NCBI GenBank assembly: GCA_002189035.1
Contig: NEEC01000013.1
Coordinates: 2,108,001 to 2,172,000, forward strand
DNA from: Utricularia gibba
Lineage: Eukaryota > Plantae > Magnoliophyta
Length of the DNA: 64,000 nucleotides
Direction of reading: 5' to 3'
In this document: positions 1-13,551 of the stretch, in pieces
Layout of the letters: every line of letters starts with the position of its first letter
Position numbering within the stretch: position 1 is the stretch's first letter
Made by a program: the position numbers and the translations under genes
The notes under the pieces: generated by a model
Told to the model about the DNA's origin: nothing
What the model saw: the letters and a program-made list of their open reading frames with translations, nothing else
The model's database searches: none

Positions 1-306
1 ACCGCCGTCGCTAAACGCCCAAGTTCTGCAAACAGTAAGACCCATTTTGGAACCTGCTAACAACATAGCCCTGATTTTGTGTCTGTTGTATTCATCCACA
101 GCGTGATCCATCATCCAGTAGGAATTCCACCCATTAAAATAGAAAGGCTTTCCATCCACCAAAAACTGAGTTCCATTTCTCTCCACAAAAGTAAGCTTCG
201 TTTGCCCATAGGGGTTGATCCACACGTCTCCGAATGATATGTAGAGGAAAGCCAAACATGACGTAAAACCCACAATTGGGTAAAACCACCCATTTCCACT
301 ACGCAT
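1..306 (-). CDS. MAN2: Mannan endo-1,4-beta-mannosidase (GH5_7), first exon; gene continues beyond the left edge of the window
   Basis: ATG at 306, open to position 1: MRSGNGWFYPIVGFTSCLAFLYISFGD...FVERNGTQFLVDGKPFYFNGWNSYWMMDHAVDEY...MGLTVCRTWAFSDGG. This is the N-terminus typical of plant MAN2/MAN5. Missed by the ORF track because it runs off the edge. Confidence 0.93.
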   Translation of the reverse strand, partial: MRSGNGWFYPIVGFTSCLAFLYISFGDVWINPYGQTKLTFVERNGTQFLVDGKPFYFNGWNSYWMMDHAVDEYNRHKIRAMLLAGSKMGLTVCRTWAFSDGG

Positions 307-554
307 TTCGCCAATCACGGCGACTGATAAAAAGGAATCTTTGCGAATGTTTCCAGAAAAAGATCAATAAAACCCAACAAACAATTGATCCACCGCCTCC
401 TTGTTTTGGATCTACCCAGTCCCTAAATCCCAGAGGAAAAAACAAAGACAAAAGGGTGGGGTGGGGGGCAACCCGGATTCTTCTCCGCACAAAAAGAAAG
501 TTTTTTCAGAGGGTTGAAAGAACAGCGCGACTCCAAGAACACTCAAGAAGGCTC

Positions 555-950
555 CTTTACACTTCAGCTCCACCAATATATACAAGAAGACGGATCATTG
601 ACATACAAGGATAACAACAGCGTAGTTAATAGACAACACGGAGACCGCCAGGCTTCTTTCCGACTTCTGATCTGCGGATCCCTTTACCATCCGCATTTCA
701 CTATTTGCCTACTACTTGCAGACCAAGCCGACAAGACTTAAACCATGGCCACCCCTTCATTTCATCCCAAGGCCTAAATTCTACTCCATACCCATTCTCA
801 AATTTACTGTAAGCACAAATAATTTACTATAATTCGGACACCTATGTTTCAATTATCACACACATCTCGATCATTTCTGGGATTATCGAAGAACACAAAA
901 AAAATTAAACGCCACACTTCTTGAGCTTTGGTGGGCTGTCCATCACTAGA
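555..950 (-). mobile_element. Degraded Ty3/gypsy (Tat-like) pol remnant
   Basis: Minus-strand fragments in the expected order: VMDSPPKLKK (resembles the RT thumb), YGVEFRPWDEMKGWAM* (about 742-790; resembles the RNase H end motif EYDIEFRPRTAIKGQAL) and LYVNDPSS..GGAEV (about 561-609; resembles the start of the second RNase H, LYVDGSS..GGAGV). Stops, frameshifts and large deletions are present. Confidence 0.4.
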
Positions 951-2022
951 AGTTGCTTAGTCATTATCCTTGGGCACTACTAACCAAAGAGACGAATTGG
1001 GCACTCACCAGGTCATCCCATTCCCCTACCTAATGCAGCATACCAGAACCATAAACACAGACCCAAGAAACCATTTACACATAAATGATACACTGATTGC
1101 AATTGAGGTTGATAAGTCCATATCAAATATCTGTAAGGAACAACACAAGATAAGCCTCGAGGAGTAGACATGATATGAAGGACCACCTTAGGCGTTGGTT
1201 ACGAGGTCAGGTGTCCTAATGAGCTGGGAGAGGTCTCAAGTTGGACACAACCACGAAAAATGAACTGAAATAAATAGTAATTAAATTGGGCTATTTGGGA
1301 TTCAAGCCCAATAACAATTTCAAGGCCCAACCCTAATCCATTATTTAATGAATATATTCTTTTTTAATATCAATTTAAAAAATATATTGGATGGAGTGTT
1401 GTAAAAGATGAAGAAATTATTGTGAAAAATCATTTAAATTATGATTCTGTTGAATTTAATTCGATATTTATTATGAATGATCCACGACCTCAAGTCTTTT
1501 TTAAATGGAATTAAAAAACTAGACTCGTTCCAAACCAATTCAAAATCCACATTTGACCAATTCAATTCGAAATTAATCTAAATAATTTATAATTTTCAAA
1601 AATATATTAAATGTTACTATCAAATATCAATTAATAATAATAATATTATTATTATTATTACATGATTTATATACACTCCTTTAAAAAGATAAAAAAAAAT
1701 TAATCAATTTTAAACAAAAGTGGACTGTGATAATGATGATTATTTAAAGACCATATCCAATAAAACCGGAAATCCATATTCGGGTTAACCGGCGAGTTGC
1801 TAAAAAACTATTAGCGATTCGCCGGTTTGAAAACACAGCGTAAAGTAGTTTAATTATGTTTTCTTAAACACTACTTAGATGATATTCTTAGTCTTTTGCA
1901 ATTACATGTGTTTATTGGCTTTTTATGATGTGAATGTATACACAACACTGATGTAATAATAATATGCAAATAATACATGGGATGATGGTAAAGTCAACAT
2001 ATGGAAATTTAGGCACAAAATG

Positions 2023-3124
2023 TCACATAAAGTCTTCCAAGTCGAACTCCTCTAGAAGCTCGAGCCCCAACACGCTGCCGCTGAAATCGTCTTGCTGCTC
2101 GACAGCCCTGCCGATGATCGCGGCGGAGGAGGACGAGTTCCAGGTCTCCGGGCTAGAGAGGGGTGTGGAGAAAACCGATTCGTAGCTCAGGTTTACGTTG
2201 AAGGTTGAGTTTTGGGGGTGAGATTGATCGGGAACTCCACTCCACGAACCAGGGAGCTCATAAAAACTTGTATCTTGAAACGGTTGCGGTGTTGAATCCC
2301 ATGAAATCCCTTGGAAGGACTGTGCAGAGGACGGTGCCATCTCTGGGCTGCAGCCATTTTCAATGTGGGTAGGTTGGAGTTGGACAAACGAGCCATGGCC
2401 GTGAACATCAGACTCAGCTTGACCAAACTCATCTGCTTCTATCTGTTTCAATACGCTGTAAGGGTTCTCATGGCTTGCTTTCAGAAGGCCTAGGGCAAGC
2501 TTCAGCATTTGAGGGTTTGAGTTCAGTAGGTGAGCGAGGTTGGAGACCTCCGGCCGCGGCGCAAGGAGGAGCGACGATATGTCCAGGAAGTCGAGACGGG
2601 GAGCGTGTGTCACAGGGTCGATCCCCATTTTCATCAACCTCTTCCTGATGTGCGTGTTCCAGTAGTTCTTGATCTCATTATCCGTTCTTCCGGGTAAACG
2701 CGACGCGATCGCAGACCACCTGATCGTGATCGCAGTCAGTAACACTCAAAAGGAAAAGAAAGTGTCTGCTTCGTCATCTTACTTGTTCCCCAAAACTCTG
2801 TGAAGCTGAATGATGGTCTCCTCTTCCTCGAAACTGAACCTTCCTCTCTTGATATCCGGCCTCAAGTAATTCGTCCATCGGAGACGACAGCTCTTGCCGC
2901 ATCTTTCAAGCCCTGACACCAGCTCAACCCGTTTAACCCTTTAAACATCTGTAATTCTTCCTGAAACGCCATTAGAGAACCTCGAAGGTACCTGCATTCT
3001 TAGGGAGAGTTCTCCAGTTCCCGGGGCCGTGCTCCCGAATGTAGCGAACCAGCTTCTCGTCCTCATCCTCCGTCCACGGCCCTTTCTTGAGACCACTTCT
3101 GTCACAACAAGGAGATCTTCCCAT
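2023..3124 (-). CDS. MYB41: R2R3-MYB transcription factor, subgroup 11 (MYB41/MYB74/MYB102-like)
   Basis: Exons 3124-2992 (133 nt), 2912-2783 (130 nt) and 2719-2023, the canonical R2R3-MYB exon sizes, with GT-AG introns. Sequence [43 protein letters not shown], plus the subgroup-11-like motif [15 protein letters not shown]. The symbol marks the nearest family member, not proven orthology. Confidence 0.93.
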
Positions 3125-5544
3125 CCTCAGAAGGCTCCAGCACCACTCACCTTTAAGACAAGCTTCTCGTACGTAGAAAAAAACAACAAGAATGCAATAA
3201 ATGTGACAAGGGCTTGGTTGCAATTTATAGAGGAAATGGATGAGAAGAGAAGGGTTTGGAAGAAACCGACGTTCAAGTCAACCGATTGGCGCCGCCCCTC
3301 TTGTACAGCAACGCGGCGAGCGTATGATGCAACAAATGGTTCAATACGTGGATTTGCCTGCGTCAGCATCCTTACACATAATCAAGACACATGCCCAAAT
3401 GTTGCAATATTTGACAGGATTAAGATAAAGCAATTGTGTTTTCATATCCTTAAGACAAGTGTGCACCCTCTAAAGCCGAAACCCTACTTCATACATTAAT
3501 CTAATTTTTTGTCACCTAAACTTAATACATCTTTTTGTATTTTTTTAACAAAAATTTGGATTAAATACGAAATTTATCATGATCATTCAAATCATGCTAT
3601 AAAACAAACCTCTGACACCATATTAAAATTGACTATATGATAGATCAAACAAATAAACGTGTAGATCAATTATATAAAGATTAGATTTAATCGATTATTA
3701 ATAATTTATAATTTATTATATGTTTGATTATTTTATTTTAAATGTAGAATTATTTGTTGTGAATCTCCAATCCAAAGACACACAGATTGTGGGGGTAGCT
3801 AGAAGTGACTATCAAATATCTGATTAGAAGAAACTACTGATGAGCGTGTGGATTTGGGGTTCGGTTTTTGTTGAGTATAAAGGTGATTCACTCGTTGGAC
3901 TTATGGAATTGGAAAGAAAGCAGGTACCTTTTTTTACAGAAGGTTCCTTGCGTGAGGGAGTAGCCATTCCCTTGCGCAAGGCAAAGAGAGAAAAGTTTAG
4001 GCCATTTTTTTCACCTGCTCAAGAGAAACTGCAGGCACTGGGCTTCTGTCTGCACGCTTCGTTTTCATGTGCTAACTGCTTCTTTGTCCATCGCCCTTAA
4101 TTCAAAGGTCAACCCCTTTCTCTTTCTCCATTTTCCTACTGTTCATGAGCTTGATTTCTGTACCCAGGTCCCATAACCAATACTGAATACATGGAAATCT
4201 TCATTGAGTTGAAATGAGTAACTTGAAAACAAGTTTACAAGTCACAGAGACAGAAAGAGGGAACACCCTTTTCGGCTCTGTTCCTCCACATGTCACATTG
4301 ACGAACCAGAATTCAAAAACCCTTGACCTTCTTTGTTACGTGCCTGATTCCACTTTGACGTCCGTTCTGCAAATAATCTGTACACTCACAAGAATGATTT
4401 TTTTTTTTTTCTTCCAAGGCATAATCCTTCTCAGTTACATTCTCACATGAAAGGTTTAGTCCATTTCACTCAGAGGGCGCCTGCACCAGCGAAGCCTCCT
4501 CAAATTCCAGACACTTTGAACAGTTCAAATCACTGAGATGTCGTACCCACCAGTGAAGTTCGTTATGTCTTGTTCTGGTGGGGGTGCCGAGAGAGACGGG
4601 AGAATCACTTGTCAAAAGAACACAGCGTGATTTTCCATGTTTTCAGATAGCTAGTAGCACTGGATTGTCAATGCTTCATAAACCCATAGTCGAGGCGTTT
4701 GGTTTATCGACTTCCAGCTAACCCTTCTGACTTCAAAAAAACTCCCAGTCAAAGGGGTGCTTAGCAGAATCCATCTCAGCCCAGATTGCCACTCAGACTT
4801 CCGATGACTATTCCGATAGTTGGTTTCTGCAACGCGCCTGGCCCGCCGCCGCGCCAGCCCACTTTCAGCAAATGGGCCTCCAGATGAACCGGGCCTTGTA
4901 TTCAGACATGGGCTTACTCTTGGGCTCTCATTTCCCCCAAAACAAAAGATCCGAAACCGTGATAATTCAATTTACCTAAAGGTGGGCCCAGATAGGGTGA
5001 ACTCGGATAACTGTTGGGTTGACCCGTCACAAGTCGGATACGTTACTGATAACCGTAAAAAATACGTACGGAACGGATCCATAGTGGATTCGATGGGTTA
5101 AACGCATTGGATCTAAAACATATCCCAATAACAAAAAAAAATATGTTTTTTATCAAATGAATTGAGCATCCTAATCATTGGACTTAAAACTTATGAATTA
5201 AATTCAATTCGTGCTAATATAAATAAATCATATATAATATTATAATTATTAAACTAATTTAAAATTATAAAAAATTATAATGATTTGGGTCAACTAATTA
5301 CCCCGATGTCTTGTATAAGTTGAGTCACAATTTTTAATATTGACTCGACGGGTTCGATCCATAAGCATCTTTGAATTTATCACACCCCACATTCAACCCC
5401 ATTTTTTTAATATTATTCAATAGGTTAGGTTGCAGTATCAATTTCATTGAACACTTTGGGGAGTCAATTTTAATGACAATAAAACTAGGTATGCACTAAA
5501 TTGATATAAATAGAAGGAGAGGGAGTTGACCAACCACAAAAGTC

Positions 5545-5568
5545 ATTATTATTATTATTATTATTATT
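5545..5568. repeat. (ATT)8 microsatellite
   Basis: Perfect ATT run read directly from the sequence. Confidence 0.9.
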
Positions 5569-5641
5569 TAGGGGTGAAAATGCGGAAGAATTGTCACGTC
5601 GGGATCAAAGCATAATTTTGATTCCCTTTTTATTTACTTTA

Positions 5642-5658
5642 CCCTAACCCTAACCCTA
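5642..5658 (+). promoter_or_regulatory. Telo-box-like (CCCTAA)n element upstream of the SPARK gene
   Basis: CCCTAACCCTAACCCTA about 210 nt upstream of the likely ATG at 5872. Confidence 0.45.
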
Positions 5659-5871
5659 GTATTCTTACTCCCCATCATAAAAGGTGGTGGCTTTTTCAAC
5701 GGCAAACAAGACTCATGATTTGGGAAAGTTGGGTTTTTTTCATTATTTCTTTTGACAGCGAAAGTTGTCGCACTTTTTCTTCTTCCTGGTGATATGGGTT
5801 CCTCCAGGGAAATCTCCCTTTTGGTGTTCGTGGCTTCGCCGGAGGGTTCTCATTTGGAGCACGGTCCGAGG

Positions 5872-6912
5872 ATGGGAATGCGGATGCGCCGCCGCTGGGT
5901 TCTCGGCTTCTTCCTTTTGCAGCTCCATTTCCATGGCTTCTCGGCGGGGGTGGGTCAGGCAAACCCGTTGAACCCGGATGACTTCACCAATGTGCCTGCT
6001 TTTCCTGTGCAGACGCAGGAGCAGACCTGCCGCCTCGACTTGTCCGCCGAGCTCTACGGCGGCGTCGCCGAGGCATGCGGGGGGAATCTCCACCGTAGCC
6101 GCTGCTGCCCTGTTCTTGCAGCCTGGTTGTTCGCCGCGCACGCCAGGGCGGCGCTTCAGATGCCGGCGCTCTCGCCGCCGTCCGGATCCGAGCTGCCCAT
6201 GATGCCGGATGACTCGCAGAAATGCGTGAACTCACTTCAGGCCTCGCTTGAGAGCCGCAACATTCACATTCCTCAGCCGAACGCGTCGTGCGATGCCGTT
6301 TTGTGCTTCTGCGGCATCCGTCTCCACCAGATCAGTTCTCTCAGTTGCCCAGCGGCGTTCAACGTTACTGGAATTAGGAGAAACGCGACGCCGACCGCTG
6401 CGCTGAGAAATCTGGAGCACAACTGCCGGAACTCGTCCTACGCCGGCTGTACCAAGTGCCTCGGCGCTCTGCAGAAGGTTAGTTTCGTAAATTCCTGAGC
6501 GCTCCACTGAGCCGGGATGCTTCATTTATTTCCCAATCATTTGGTTCAATCAATGTCTCTGTAATTAATGCTTCTGATTTGTATGTTTTTCCGGTGGCTG
6601 GGAAATCTACAGCTCAACCCGAACAGCACGAAATCCGGCGACGGGGACCGTGTGAACAGAATGATGAACCGCGATTGCAAGCTTATGGGACTGACCTGGC
6701 TGCTGGCGCGCAACAAGACGGCCTACATCCCAACCGTCTCCGCCGTCCTCCGTGCCGTGATGTACAGTTCCCGGGCGGCGCATGACTTCACGTGCTCCCC
6801 GGACCAGGAGAACATGCCCCTCGCCGTCGATTCTTTACAGCTGGAGCAATCGTCGGGGAGCATGATTGCAGTTCCACTTCTGCCCCTCCTACTTCTCATG
6901 TATCTAATCTAA
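5872..6912 (+). CDS. GPI-anchored SPARK-domain protein (At4g28100-like)
   Basis: Exons 5872-6477 and 6613-6912 (GT-AG, phase 0). Signal peptide, then VPAFPVQTQEQTCRLDLSAELYGGVAEACGGNLHRSRCCPVLAAWLFAAHAR, a Cys-rich body and a hydrophobic C-terminus (SSGSMIAVPLLPLLLLMYLI). The start could also be the in-frame ATG at 5878, 5884 or one further upstream. Confidence 0.88.
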
Positions 6913-7351
6913 CAATCAGGGGTATTCACGACATTTCCTCACTGTTCACTGCTCCAGCCCCCTTCTTTTTGTTCCTTAGCGAAGCGGTTGTTGATTCCCA
7001 GGTCCTCGTCACGTGAAGAGTGGGGCCGTTTTTGTCATTTTATCGCCCTGTACATTTTCAACATGCTCTCTTTGACCTTTTCTGTGTACTTCTGGACAGA
7101 ATCATGTAAAATAATTGAACTTCAAGGATCATTTACAAGCTCCCATTCAATGTCCAAAGGAGGCCCTACTCTGTACTTTCCCTTTTTCTTTTGTTTATTT
7201 GAGGACCCTTTTGAATTTGCTTCCAACCTCTAAAATGTAGATGATCTACTCATTGGTGTGCTATGATGCTCAAGGTGCTTTCAATGAGTTAACTGATATG
7301 GTGCTATTTAGGAATGAGGAGGAGGATGCAAACGCATCTGTATGGAGAAGC

Positions 7352-8691
<1,340 letters not shown>

Positions 8692-8749
8692 GGAGGAATG
8701 TGGGACGTGAGGATTTGGGCTGGAAGATGAGGTGATCGCTTCCAGAGCG

Positions 8750-8756
8750 GATAAGG
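8750..8756 (+). promoter_or_regulatory. I-box (GATAAGG) in the petC pseudogene promoter
   Basis: GATAAGG about 60 nt upstream of the mutated start, followed by GCCACGCG and a CCAAT on the minus strand. I-boxes are typical of light-regulated nuclear photosynthesis genes. Confidence 0.45.
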
Positions 8757-11077
8757 CCCTTTCTCCAGATAGCCACGCGTTCGGATGGCAGCCATTGGGT
8801 TGGGTTACGAACACCACAGGCCTGTAACATGTTGACTTGGGTCAACGAAGCCTTGTTCTTATTTCTTCTGTACAAGTGTCCTTAACCTATGGGCTTGGCA
8901 TGTAATAATTAAAAAATAATAGCAATTGAATAAAAAAATCTATTTCAAATAGAATTTTAAAATCCTTAAAATTTCAGTATTTGGTATGTATAAACTTAAG
9001 ATAGTATGAATATTTTTAAACCCAGCTTTAAAAAAGTTTACTTATCCTTATTTTTAATTACTTTATTTTCTTCTTTCTCTCCAATTTGTTCACTTTATTT
9101 TCTTCTCTCTTTCCATTTGTCATAATTTCAGATTCTCCTGCATTCTCTTAATTTACCCCTTTTTTTAAAACTGAAGAATAATTTCTTCTAACTAATGATA
9201 TTAAACACAATATCAATATAGATTATTTGGAATCAAAGAAATATCAAATGTTCACCATTAAATTTATTGGAGAAGTATAATATATAAGCTATCAATAACT
9301 ACGAACAATGGGTGCCATCATATTTAGTGTTTTAAGTTGATACGAATGATCAATTGATCCATTTAATATTTTAAGTGACTATATAAAATAGATATTATTT
9401 AAATTGTATATTATTCAAAAAATACTATATTATCCAATCATATACCAAAATATCTTATTTTGCTAGTAAAGTGCATGGAACGACAACCATGGGATATTTA
9501 TTGCGGTTCTCTTACAACAACATGAGGAGTTCGAACTTCGGAGTTGGTCGTGTTCGAAGGGATCTTGAGTGTAGCTTTTGAGGGGGGAGAAGAGAACGCC
9601 TTCCATCCCGACAACCTTTCTCTTTACTCTTTATCCCAAACAAAAGCACCCAATGTTGTTCACGTGGATGGACTATTTCTCCCCATCCCCGATTCATTGC
9701 TTTGTCCTAAAACAAGTGTCTTGTGGAGGTTAAGAATGGCTTCATTTGCCCTAACCCCCTTCATCCATCTCCATTCTTGTCTTTTACTGCGGTCATTCTC
9801 TCCATCTACCATCAGGTCACATGGCCTCAAATTCATATACCGGGTCACCAAAATGATGTTGAACTGCGAGCTCGATCGGCATCTTCAATTCGAATGATCG
9901 ATGTGGGATTGCTGAAGAATAACAAACAGGTCGGAAGCACAGACTAAGAGCTATAGAATTCAAAGAAAAATGAACCCTAGCGATCAAACTACTCGAGGCT
10001 CGTTTGATACGATATGAAAGATGGGGCATGGATGTGTGCATCCATAAAATGAAAATATACTACAGAACGAGTACTATATGTATTGAAATAAATGGTCAGC
10101 GGAGTGATAAGGAAGAATGAAGAGATAAGGCTGATTGGAGTAGTAAGCAGGCTGACCATATTATGTTGGAATGTGCTAATCACCTAATGATTCATGCTAT
10201 CCCTCCTATACACGATGAAGTTGAAAGATGTCATCTCTATCCAAGAAGATGAGGGTTATTTGATGCAAAGATCCCAACGGCACCAGCAATTAGGAGATTA
10301 TACTCAATCTTCTCCAATATTTTAGGAAATAGTTTAGGACCCTTAACTAACGTTGACCATCTTTTTCTATTTAAGTTGTATCATTGTACAGCTCCTGCGT
10401 GAAGAAATCAATTTGCTTCTTATCCGGTTGCCATCCATCGTCTTCCTATTATATGTTCTTTTTTTTCCCCTCTCTCTTTAAAGAAGAAAAAAAAGAGAAA
10501 GTATCCATCGAAGTTTGCATAGAAAAGTGAGTTATAATAAGTTATGGGGGATGGTCCGGTCCGCTTGTGGTTGCTGTCGTGATTACGATGTGTGTCTGTA
10601 GAAGATGGTCACACACGCAGAAAAGAAAAGCTGCGATCCTGTCCCTTCTTCTTCCTCTCCTTCCTCCCCTCGCTTCTTTTGTTACTTAATCACATGGCTT
10701 TATTTACTTCCTAATCCCGAACCCTAAACCTTAAACCCGATTTATTTTGTGTTGGGTATGCAAAAAATGTACATGTTGGATTGATCAATGTTTGCAATGT
10801 TTTTTTTTCTTGCTAAAAAAGACTTGCATGCCTAAAAATTACAAGAGATTATATATTATGTTTATAATATGAAACCATAGCCTCTAATAATTAATTCGAA
10901 GATGGGGGGAGTGAAGGTGAAGTTTCTTTCTCGTCTTTTTATTGTTTTTATTTTATTTTTATTTTTTGCAAACGAGGATGGCTGGCCAAGTCTCTGTCTT
11001 TTTCATTAACTCTCGGCTTCGTCCACAAAAGCAAAGGCATTAGAAGACTGCGAGGGGCAACAAAGAGGTGCTCAAGA

Positions 11078-12285
11078 ATGGAGTTTGATCTCGAAAACCC
11101 ACTGCCGCCTTCATCTGATAACTTGTTTCGGATAGAGGAAGATCACATGCCCACCAGGAACTACATTCGGGCACTCCATTCCTCGCCTTCTTCCGGGCTG
11201 ACGCGCCGCCGTGCCGTCGAGTCGATACGACTTCTGATTCCTGATCATGATCCCTTCTCCGAGTATCTTGCCGTCAACTATCTTGATCGGTTTCTCTCCG
11301 CTCACCCCCTTCACGTACGACGCCGTTTCCTTCGTTGCCCCTCCTATTAGTAGAGAAGAAAAGAAAAGAGAAGAGCATTTTGATTTTTTTTTTTCGAGCT
11401 TTTGCAGGAGGGGAATCCCTGTGTTTTGGATCTTGTTGCTGGCTCCTGCGTTTCGCTGGCGTTGAAGATGAGGAAGACTGAGTCCTCTGTCGCAGACTTT
11501 TTGGTAAGAGCATAAAAAAAAAGTATAATATTCACTTATTATAATTCATTGACTGGATGGGTGAGAACAGAGCGAGAGTGGTTTCATGGCGGATACGCTG
11601 AAGATCAAGCGCATGGAGATGCTGATTCTCGACGCTTTGAATTGGAGGATGCGATCGGTAAATCCGCTGTCGTTTCTGAACTATTTCATGCCCTTCTTCA
11701 ACGTCAAAGACGAGGATACGGCGGCGCGTCGCTCCTTCAAGAAGATGGCTATGGAGATCATCTTCAAAGCTCAAAAAGGTTGTGTCCAAATCCGACCATC
11801 ATTGGAAGAAGCTAGTTGTCGTGTGTGGTCATTTTCTACTGTTTATTTATTTATTTTTATATTTGCAAATTACGCACATGGAATAAATATGAATTTCATA
11901 TATCAGTCTAAAACATGTCTTTTTGTGTTTGTTTTCAGATACCCGGCTGCTGGAGTTCAAACCCTCCGTCACGTGCGCGGCGGCGCTGCTCGTCTCCGGC
12001 CTCCACCTCTTCCCTTTGCAGCTTCTGTCGTTCAAGACCGCTCTCTCCTCCTGCTCCGACTTGAACGTCGTGAGTTTCCTTCACCTCCCCGGAATCCATT
12101 TCTTGCCCTAAAATGTCATAGAAAAAAATTGTGGGTTCACGCAGGAAGAATTGGTAGACTGCTATGAAAAAATGCGAGGAATGGAGGAAGAAGAAGACAC
12201 CCGCAGTGCAGCGCACGCGCCGCCGGTCAAAGTAAGCTTCAAAAGCTGCATGGCTCGTAAGCGTCAAAAGATACAAGATGCTTAA
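11078..12285 (+). CDS. CYCD6;1: D6-type cyclin
   Basis: Exons 11078-11314, 11408-11503, 11571-11778, 11939-12069 and 12145-12285, all GT-AG and in phase. The N-terminus MEFDLENPL is the CYCD6 signature (no LxCxE). Cyclin box motifs YLAVNYLDRFLS, KRMEMLILDALNWRMRSVNPLSF and LEFKPS. Confidence 0.92.
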
Positions 12286-13551
12286 GGCATTCCAAGCTCG
12301 TCTTCTTGCGCAAATCGAATAATTTTAAGCCTGCAAGTTTTGTTACCTTCGGTAAAAAAATTAACCCAGTTTGACAACCGACGCGACTGTCCTGCTGTTT
12401 CACTTCACCATCCTACGGAAAGACGGAGGAGCAAGTTGCCGGAATTGAAATGGTCCCTGTTGAGCAGGCATTGATTCGGAGTCCGAGAACAGTCATTCAA
12501 TGTAAAAAGAAGAAAAAAATCACATTGATCAGCGTCAGGACATTGGTCCATCGTATTCACAAACTGATCAAATAATTGACTGTCTCCTCTTCAGGAGGAG
12601 GGTTCCGGTGACCGGCAACCCGGAGAAGGAAACTCAATTCCAGCACAATTTAAAAGATAATAGGGAGGTTAGTCATATAAATATTTTTAATTACATTTAT
12701 ATAAAATATTATTAAAATATTTATATATAATTATTTATCATGTGTTTGAAAAATAAAAAGATAATATTATATTTTAATTTATTGAGATTAATAAAATCCA
12801 ACTAATATACATGTGAATTAAAATGTATAAAATAATATTTTAAATTCTGGTCCTAAAAAAGAAATACAAAATAATTAAATTTATACAAAAATATATATGT
12901 TTAATTTATAATATATATCATGAATGCCAATAGGTGGTGTGACACATTAATAAAATACATGAAATAATATATATTTTTTTAATATATTAAATTTTGTTTC
13001 TAATTATTTAATTCTCGTCTAAAGTATCTACCTAGATATTTTGACGTGTGTAGCGCATGGTGCCGAAGTACAGTGGATTCCTTTTTCATCATTCTCTTCT
13101 TCCACGATCCGCCATTCGGAGATTTGGATACTTGTGTGGAGACTCTGGAGTAAGCAGATTCCGCGGGCCTGGCTCCTCGAATCGCTGGAAGGGAGGAACT
13201 GAAATCGCTTCTCAGTTTCAGGAAAATTTCACGATTTCGGTTCTTCATCCGTCGTCTCTGTGAAAAAGCACGCTGCCATTGGGAGATGAAGCCCAGTTTT
13301 AGTTCTCTGGCATCCATCGAGTATCCGGGATGGAAAAATCTGGCTTCAAAGAGAGCAGCACATTGATTGCTTAGTCTGGTCGTATGCTTCAGTTAGATGT
13401 CGCAGCAGGGAAGTCACCGTTCTGATTCGGGTGTATAGTCAATGGTAGTCGCATTGTTGAGCCATCCTTCACTCGGTACTGTTGCGACTTCAATTGCACT
13501 TCAATGCACTAGTGAGTTTTTCTCATCAAGTCTGCACCTTTGCTCTCCTTG

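Noticed and set aside
1631-1660. (TAA)n-(TTA)n inverted microsatellite able to form a hairpin
   Set aside because: Low-complexity AT sequence expected in these spacers; no evidence of function.
4200-5110. GC-richer intergenic block with TTGAC, GGGCC and GGGTT motifs upstream of the MYB
   Set aside because: No coherent ORF, splice pattern, terminal repeats or RNA fold could be identified. It may be regulatory or TE-derived but cannot be called.
9512-9900. Short ORFs including IVHPREQHWVLLFGIK, faintly like a Ulp1-protease His motif of DNA transposons
   Set aside because: One weak motif only; the expected downstream Gln/Cys motifs are absent.
13000-13440. 105-aa and 68-aa ORFs upstream of the TFIIE pseudogene
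   Set aside because: No recognisable domain; most likely a decayed 5' region or chance ORFs.
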